A DNA stretch of 64,000 nucleotides. Source: an uncultured delta proteobacterium (GTDB lineage: Bacteria > Myxococcota_A > Polyangia > Polyangiales > Polyangiaceae). The stretch lies in assembly GCA_963806225.1 (NCBI GenBank), contig CAWDXG010000004.1, positions 3,136,001 to 3,200,000 on the forward strand. Direction: 5' to 3'. A program made the position numbers and the translations under genes. Below are positions 59,939 to 64,000 of the stretch, piece after piece. Each line of letters opens with the position of its first letter. The stretch's first letter is position 1. Under the pieces are notes generated by a model. The model worked only from the letters and a program-made list of their open reading frames with translations. It did not search any database and was not told the DNA's origin.

Positions 59939-61156
59939 TCAGCGCAGCTCGAAGACCAGCGCCGCCGCCACCACGAGCAGCAGGACCATGATCGCGACGA
60001 TCAGGCCGCGGGAGCTCTTCTCGACGGGCGGCTCGCTGCGGGTCACCATCGCCTCGAGCGATGCAGGCGGCGGCTCGAAGCGGGCGACGGACCCGGGCGC
60101 CTCCGCAGGCTCCGGCTCCGGCGCGACCGGCTCCGCCGAGAGCAGCGGTCCGGCCTCCAGCGCCTTGGCAGCCCGCTCGCGCGCTCGCCGCCGCTCGATG
60201 ATCTCGCCGCCGAAGTGATCCATCAGCCACTCGCCGAAACGCAACGGGCTGGCGATCAGGCCGGCCTTGCCGGCGTAGTCCGACAGTTCGCGCAGCATGA
60301 CGCCCGCGCTCTCGTAGCGGCGCTCGCGATCCTTCTCGAGCGCGTGCATCGCGATGCGGTGCAGCTCCGCTTCGTCGGGGTAGCCGCGCTCGGGCAGCGC
60401 CGGAATGGCCGCTTCGCGCGCCTGGTCGAGCGACGGCGGGCGGCCCTTCTCGCCCTTGTAGAGGCGTCGCCCCGCGAGCAGCTCCCACAGGATAACGCCC
60501 ACCGCGAACACGTCGGAGCGACCGTCGAGCGGCTCGCCCTCGGCCGCCTCCGGGCTCATGTAGCCGGCCTTGCCCTGGATGGCCTCTTCCGGCACCTCCT
60601 CGCTGGCACCGATGGCGCGCGCGATGCCGAAGTCGCAGAGCTTGACCTCGCCGTCGAAGCTGATGAGCACGTTGGAGGGCGACACGTCGCGGTGCACGAC
60701 GCCGAGCGGCTGTCCGTCCTCGTTCTTCTTCCGGTGCGCGTAGTCGAGCGCGCGCAGCGTCTCGATCACGACCAGCAAGGAGAACTCCACGGGCAGCGGC
60801 ACCTTCCCCTTGGAGCAGTGACGGAGCAGGTCGCGCAGGTCGAAGCCCTCCACGTACTCCATCGCGATGTACAGCTGGTCTTCCTCGCGGCCGAGGTCGA
60901 GCACCTGCGCGATGTTGCCGTGGGAAAGCTGGGCGGCGAGCTTGGCCTCGTCGATCAAGAGCTGGCTGAACTCGCGGCTGCTCGACAGGAAGGGCAGCAT
61001 CTGTTTGACGACGGCCAGGCGCTCGCCGCCGAGCTCGGTCCGCTGCCGGCCCAGATAGATCCGGGCCATGCCGCCCTCGCCAATCTTGTCGAACAGCAGG
61101 TAGCGTCCGAATCGACGCGGCAGAGCGTCGGCCCCGGCTGCCTCGGAGGATTGCAC
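59939..61156 (-). CDS. Hanks-type Ser/Thr protein kinase with C-terminal TM (start uncertain)
   Basis: FGRYLL..IGEGGMA, HRDVSPSN, DFGIA, GKAGYMSPE, SDVFAVG. Confidence 0.92.
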   Translation of the reverse strand: MQSSEAAGADALPRRFGRYLLFDKIGEGGMARIYLGRQRTELGGERLAVVKQMLPFLSSSREFSQLLIDEAKLAAQLSHGNIAQVLDLGREEDQLYIAMEYVEGFDLRDLLRHCSKGKVPLPVEFSLLVVIETLRALDYAHRKKNEDGQPLGVVHRDVSPSNVLISFDGEVKLCDFGIARAIGASEEVPEEAIQGKAGYMSPEAAEGEPLDGRSDVFAVGVILWELLAGRRLYKGEKGRPPSLDQAREAAIPALPERGYPDEAELHRIAMHALEKDRERRYESAGVMLRELSDYAGKAGLIASPLRFGEWLMDHFGGEIIERRRARERAAKALEAGPLLSAEPVAPEPEPAEAPGSVARFEPPPASLEAMVTRSEPPVEKSSRGLIVAIMVLLLVVAAALVFELR

Positions 61157-61317
61157 GCTAGCCGCCTTGATGGCAGCCGGGCTGGGCCCGGTCAAGGCAG
61201 AACCCGGCCGGCGACCCCAACGGGATAGAACCGGGGGTCGAGTCGCGGTATCCATCATCGACAGAGCCCCCCGCGCGGGGGCAGAACGGAGCCCCCACCC
61301 TCCCCCCCTCACGAGCC

Positions 61318-61650
61318 ATGTACCTGCTAGTTGGAATGCTGTTTCTGGCCGTCCTGGCCGTCCCGCTGGTCGTCGCGATCCGGCACTCGACCGAGCTTTT
61401 CCAGATCAAGGTCGAGAAAGGCAAGACGTCCCTTGTGCGCGGACGGCTGCCCCTGCGCCTGTACAACGACATCAAGGATATCGTGCACCGGCCGGCGGTG
61501 GCGCGCGCCACCATTCGCTGCGTCGCCGAGTCGGGCGAGCCGCGCGTACTGCCCGACGACGGGCTGGACGCAGGCCGGCTGCAGCGCCTCCGCAATGTGG
61601 TCGGGCATTTCGAGATCGCCCAGATCCGCAACGGCAAGCTCCGCAGCTGA
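61318..61650 (+). CDS. DUF3634-like small membrane-anchored protein
   Basis: N-terminal TM; ELFQIKV..G..GRLP..QRLRNVVG. Confidence 0.7.
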   Translation: MYLLVGMLFLAVLAVPLVVAIRHSTELFQIKVEKGKTSLVRGRLPLRLYNDIKDIVHRPAVARATIRCVAESGEPRVLPDDGLDAGRLQRLRNVVGHFEIAQIRNGKLRS

Positions 61651-63549
61651 CTACGCCGCCGAGTCCCTGCGCGACCGGGCGCCGCCGGCGCGGACCCAGC
61701 CGTGCGACACGAGCCGCCGCTCGGCTTCCTCGGCGCGGGGCACGTTGATCGCAACCGTCAGCACGTCGCCTTCGCGGAACTCGACCTCTCCGTCTACCGG
61801 ACGCGTGCGGCCGGCGCGTTCGACGCCGAGTGGCAGCGACAGGCCGCGATGCGCGTTGATCGACGTGACTTCGCCGGAATCCGGCGGCCGGTTGGCGGCT
61901 GTCCCATCGACGCAGCGCCAGCGCTCGACGCGGGTCTCCCCGCTCTCGATGCGGGTATTCCAGGCCTCCACGTCGTAGGCCTCGGCGAACAGCAATCTTC
62001 CGTCGATGCGGCGCACCATGTCCGGCGTCACGCCCTCGTCGATGCTCTCCAGGGCGACGTAGAGCGCAACGCTGCGCGACAGCTCCCGCGCCTTCTGGCA
62101 AAAAAGCAGGTTCACTTCCTCGACGGGCGTGACGCCGATGACGCCCGCGCGCGTTTCCACCTCGGCGAGCTGGAGCGTGCGCTCCTCGAGCGCATTGGCG
62201 TGCAGTACCTTGAACCCGCGCTCTTCGGCGTCGCGGCAGGCGTCGGGGTTCGAGTCGATGCACACGACTTCCTCGCCGCCGGCGCGCAGGGTCTCGGCCA
62301 GGGCGCAGCCGACAGCCTTGGCCCCGAGGATGACCCAGCCCTGGTCGCGAGGACGCGACACGCCGCAGAGCCTGGCCATCAGCCCGCCGCCCAGGCCCGC
62401 AGTGCTCACCGTTATGAGGATGACGAGGAACACCATCGCGCGGAGCTCCACCCCGCCGTCGATCCCGGCGCGCCCGAGCTCGGAGGCGAAATACGAGGCT
62501 ATGGCCGCAGCCACGATGCCGCGCGGACCGATCCACGCCACGAACAGCTTCTGCCGCTTGGAGAGGCCGGAGCCCCGGGTGGACAAAAACACGCCGAGCG
62601 GGCGGACGACGAACATCAAGATGACGACGGTCAAGATGCCAGCGGCACCCAGCGCGGCCAGATCCGCCATACGCACATCGGCCGCGAGCAGCACGAACAG
62701 GAGCCCGATCAGCATGACCGTGAGCTGCTCCTTGAAAGCGTACAGCTCCCGCCACACGCGGAACTCCGTGTTGCCGACGACCAGGCCGGCGGCGATGACG
62801 GCAGCGATGCCGCTCTCGGGCGTGACGGCGTTGGACACCTGGAACAGCGCGAGCACGAGCGAGAGCGTGAGCACCGTCTCGAGGCCGTCCGGGACAAGCC
62901 GGCGTACGCGAAGCAGCAGCGCTACCAACGCGCCGCCCACCAGTCCGAACAGCCCGCCGACGCCCAGGCGCATCAGCGCGATGAGCGGCCCCTTCGCCAG
63001 GTGCTCGCCGCTCGGCGCGAGCGCGACCTCGAGCGCCACCAGCGCCACCACGGCGCCGACCGCGTCACCGAACACGCCCTCCGCTTCGAGCAGCGTGCCG
63101 ACCGAATGCTCGACGCGCAGGCGGCGCAGGAGCGGGGTTATCACGGTCGGCCCCGTGACGATGACCAGCGTGCCGAACAGCACCGACGGGCGCCACTCCC
63201 AACCCAGCACGAAATGAGCGGCAAGCGTGCCGCCCACGGCGCTGATGGTCGCCCCGAGCGTGATCAGCGCGCGGATGGATCGTGCTTCGCGGCGGATGCG
63301 GCGAAGGTCGAGGTTCAGCGCGCCCTCGAACAGGATCACGGCCACGGCGAAGTTCACCAGCGTGAACAGCGCCGTCCCGAGCGTGTCCGGCCGCACGATG
63401 CCCGCCACGTCCGGACCGAGCAGCACGCCCGTGACCAGCAGGAGCACGATGCCCGGAATGCCGAGATGGGTCGCGACGATCTGCGCGAGCATCCCCGCCG
63501 CGAGCGCGACGGCGACGGTCAGAGCCGGATTTCCGAGAGCAGCGTGCAC
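61651..63549 (-). CDS. cation:proton antiporter (CPA1, NhaP-like) with TrkA-N-like domain
   Basis: IPGIVLLL..G, AVAVILFEG, VTGPTVITPLL, WIGPRGIVAAA; C-terminal ILGA..VG, IDSNP. Confidence 0.9.
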   Translation of the reverse strand: MHAALGNPALTVAVALAAGMLAQIVATHLGIPGIVLLLVTGVLLGPDVAGIVRPDTLGTALFTLVNFAVAVILFEGALNLDLRRIRREARSIRALITLGATISAVGGTLAAHFVLGWEWRPSVLFGTLVIVTGPTVITPLLRRLRVEHSVGTLLEAEGVFGDAVGAVVALVALEVALAPSGEHLAKGPLIALMRLGVGGLFGLVGGALVALLLRVRRLVPDGLETVLTLSLVLALFQVSNAVTPESGIAAVIAAGLVVGNTEFRVWRELYAFKEQLTVMLIGLLFVLLAADVRMADLAALGAAGILTVVILMFVVRPLGVFLSTRGSGLSKRQKLFVAWIGPRGIVAAAIASYFASELGRAGIDGGVELRAMVFLVILITVSTAGLGGGLMARLCGVSRPRDQGWVILGAKAVGCALAETLRAGGEEVVCIDSNPDACRDAEERGFKVLHANALEERTLQLAEVETRAGVIGVTPVEEVNLLFCQKARELSRSVALYVALESIDEGVTPDMVRRIDGRLLFAEAYDVEAWNTRIESGETRVERWRCVDGTAANRPPDSGEVTSINAHRGLSLPLGVERAGRTRPVDGEVEFREGDVLTVAINVPRAEEAERRLVSHGWVRAGGARSRRDSAA

Positions 63550-63649
63550 CCAGGCTGAACGTAAGGCGGCCGGGGGTGAATGTCCGCCCCCCAAATGCAC
63601 TACGGGCCAGGCAGAGCCCGGCCCGTAGTCTCCTGCTACGACTGCCTTG

Positions 63650-64000
63650 TTACGGGCAATCGTCGCTCTTCGGGGTCACGTCCGTGCACTTGTCGCGCGG
63701 AGCGATTTCGTAGGTGCAGTAGTTGAGATAGATCAGACCGACGATCTTGCTGAAGGTCGGGGCGCTAGCGTACTGCCAGGCGTTCGCCGAATTGCCGGGA
63801 TCCGTCACGTCCTTGTAGAAGATCGTGTCGGCGGCCATGAGGTCGTAGTTGGAGAACGAGATGTCGCCGTAATTACCGATGGGCGAGCCGCCGTCGCCCG
63901 CGACGGAGACGGCGCCATCGAGCTCGACCAGAGCGCCGCCCCACTTGGCAAGCGTGGTGGCATCAGTGCCCGCGGCGATCGCGTTGGCCGTCGTAGTGTC
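63650..64000 (-). CDS. C-terminus of a probable extracellular protein (truncated by window edge)
   Basis: Open frame from the window end to TAA at 63650: ..KWGGALVELDG..KIVGLIYLNYCTYEIAPRDKC..DDCP. Confidence 0.65.
   Translation of the reverse strand, partial: DTTTANAIAAGTDATTLAKWGGALVELDGAVSVAGDGGSPIGNYGDISFSNYDLMAADTIFYKDVTDPGNSANAWQYASAPTFSKIVGLIYLNYCTYEIAPRDKCTDVTPKSDDCP

Overview
A GC-rich bacterial chromosomal segment with about 59 genes. It most likely comes from a Myxococcota genome of Polyangiaceae/Sorangiineae type, inferred from its Hanks-type Ser/Thr kinases, Cys-rich lipoproteins, and FrzS/AglZ-like and GltJ/AgmX-like proteins. I found no rRNA, tRNA, CRISPR array, transposase or phage genes. 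Most of the content is core or envelope genes: rsmG, amgK-like kinase, rlpA, PBP1A, pgeF, Slt, hisIE, priA, a stand-alone infA, a purine/pyrimidine salvage operon, bpt, transporters and an ECF/FecR pair. About 20 single-base frameshifts, nearly all insertions, break otherwise intact genes, including priA, PBP1A and cdd; these look like long-read errors. The most striking element is a minus-strand cluster at 24.2-32.0 kb. It encodes two exported hydrazine-synthase-alpha (HzsA)-like beta-propeller/cytochrome c lipoproteins, one of which has three N-terminal cytochrome domains with non-canonical CX8CH/CX4CH motifs and is hidden by frameshifts. A secreted HEAT-repeat CxxC protein lies between them, and a candidate sigma54 promoter with paired enhancer palindromes lies upstream. 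Other notable items are a lipoprotein whose N-terminal domain has a gasdermin-like pattern, and a recurring TAnnnT motif 6-8 nt before SD-less starts that suggests leaderless transcription. All family assignments come from motif recognition by eye, not database searches.
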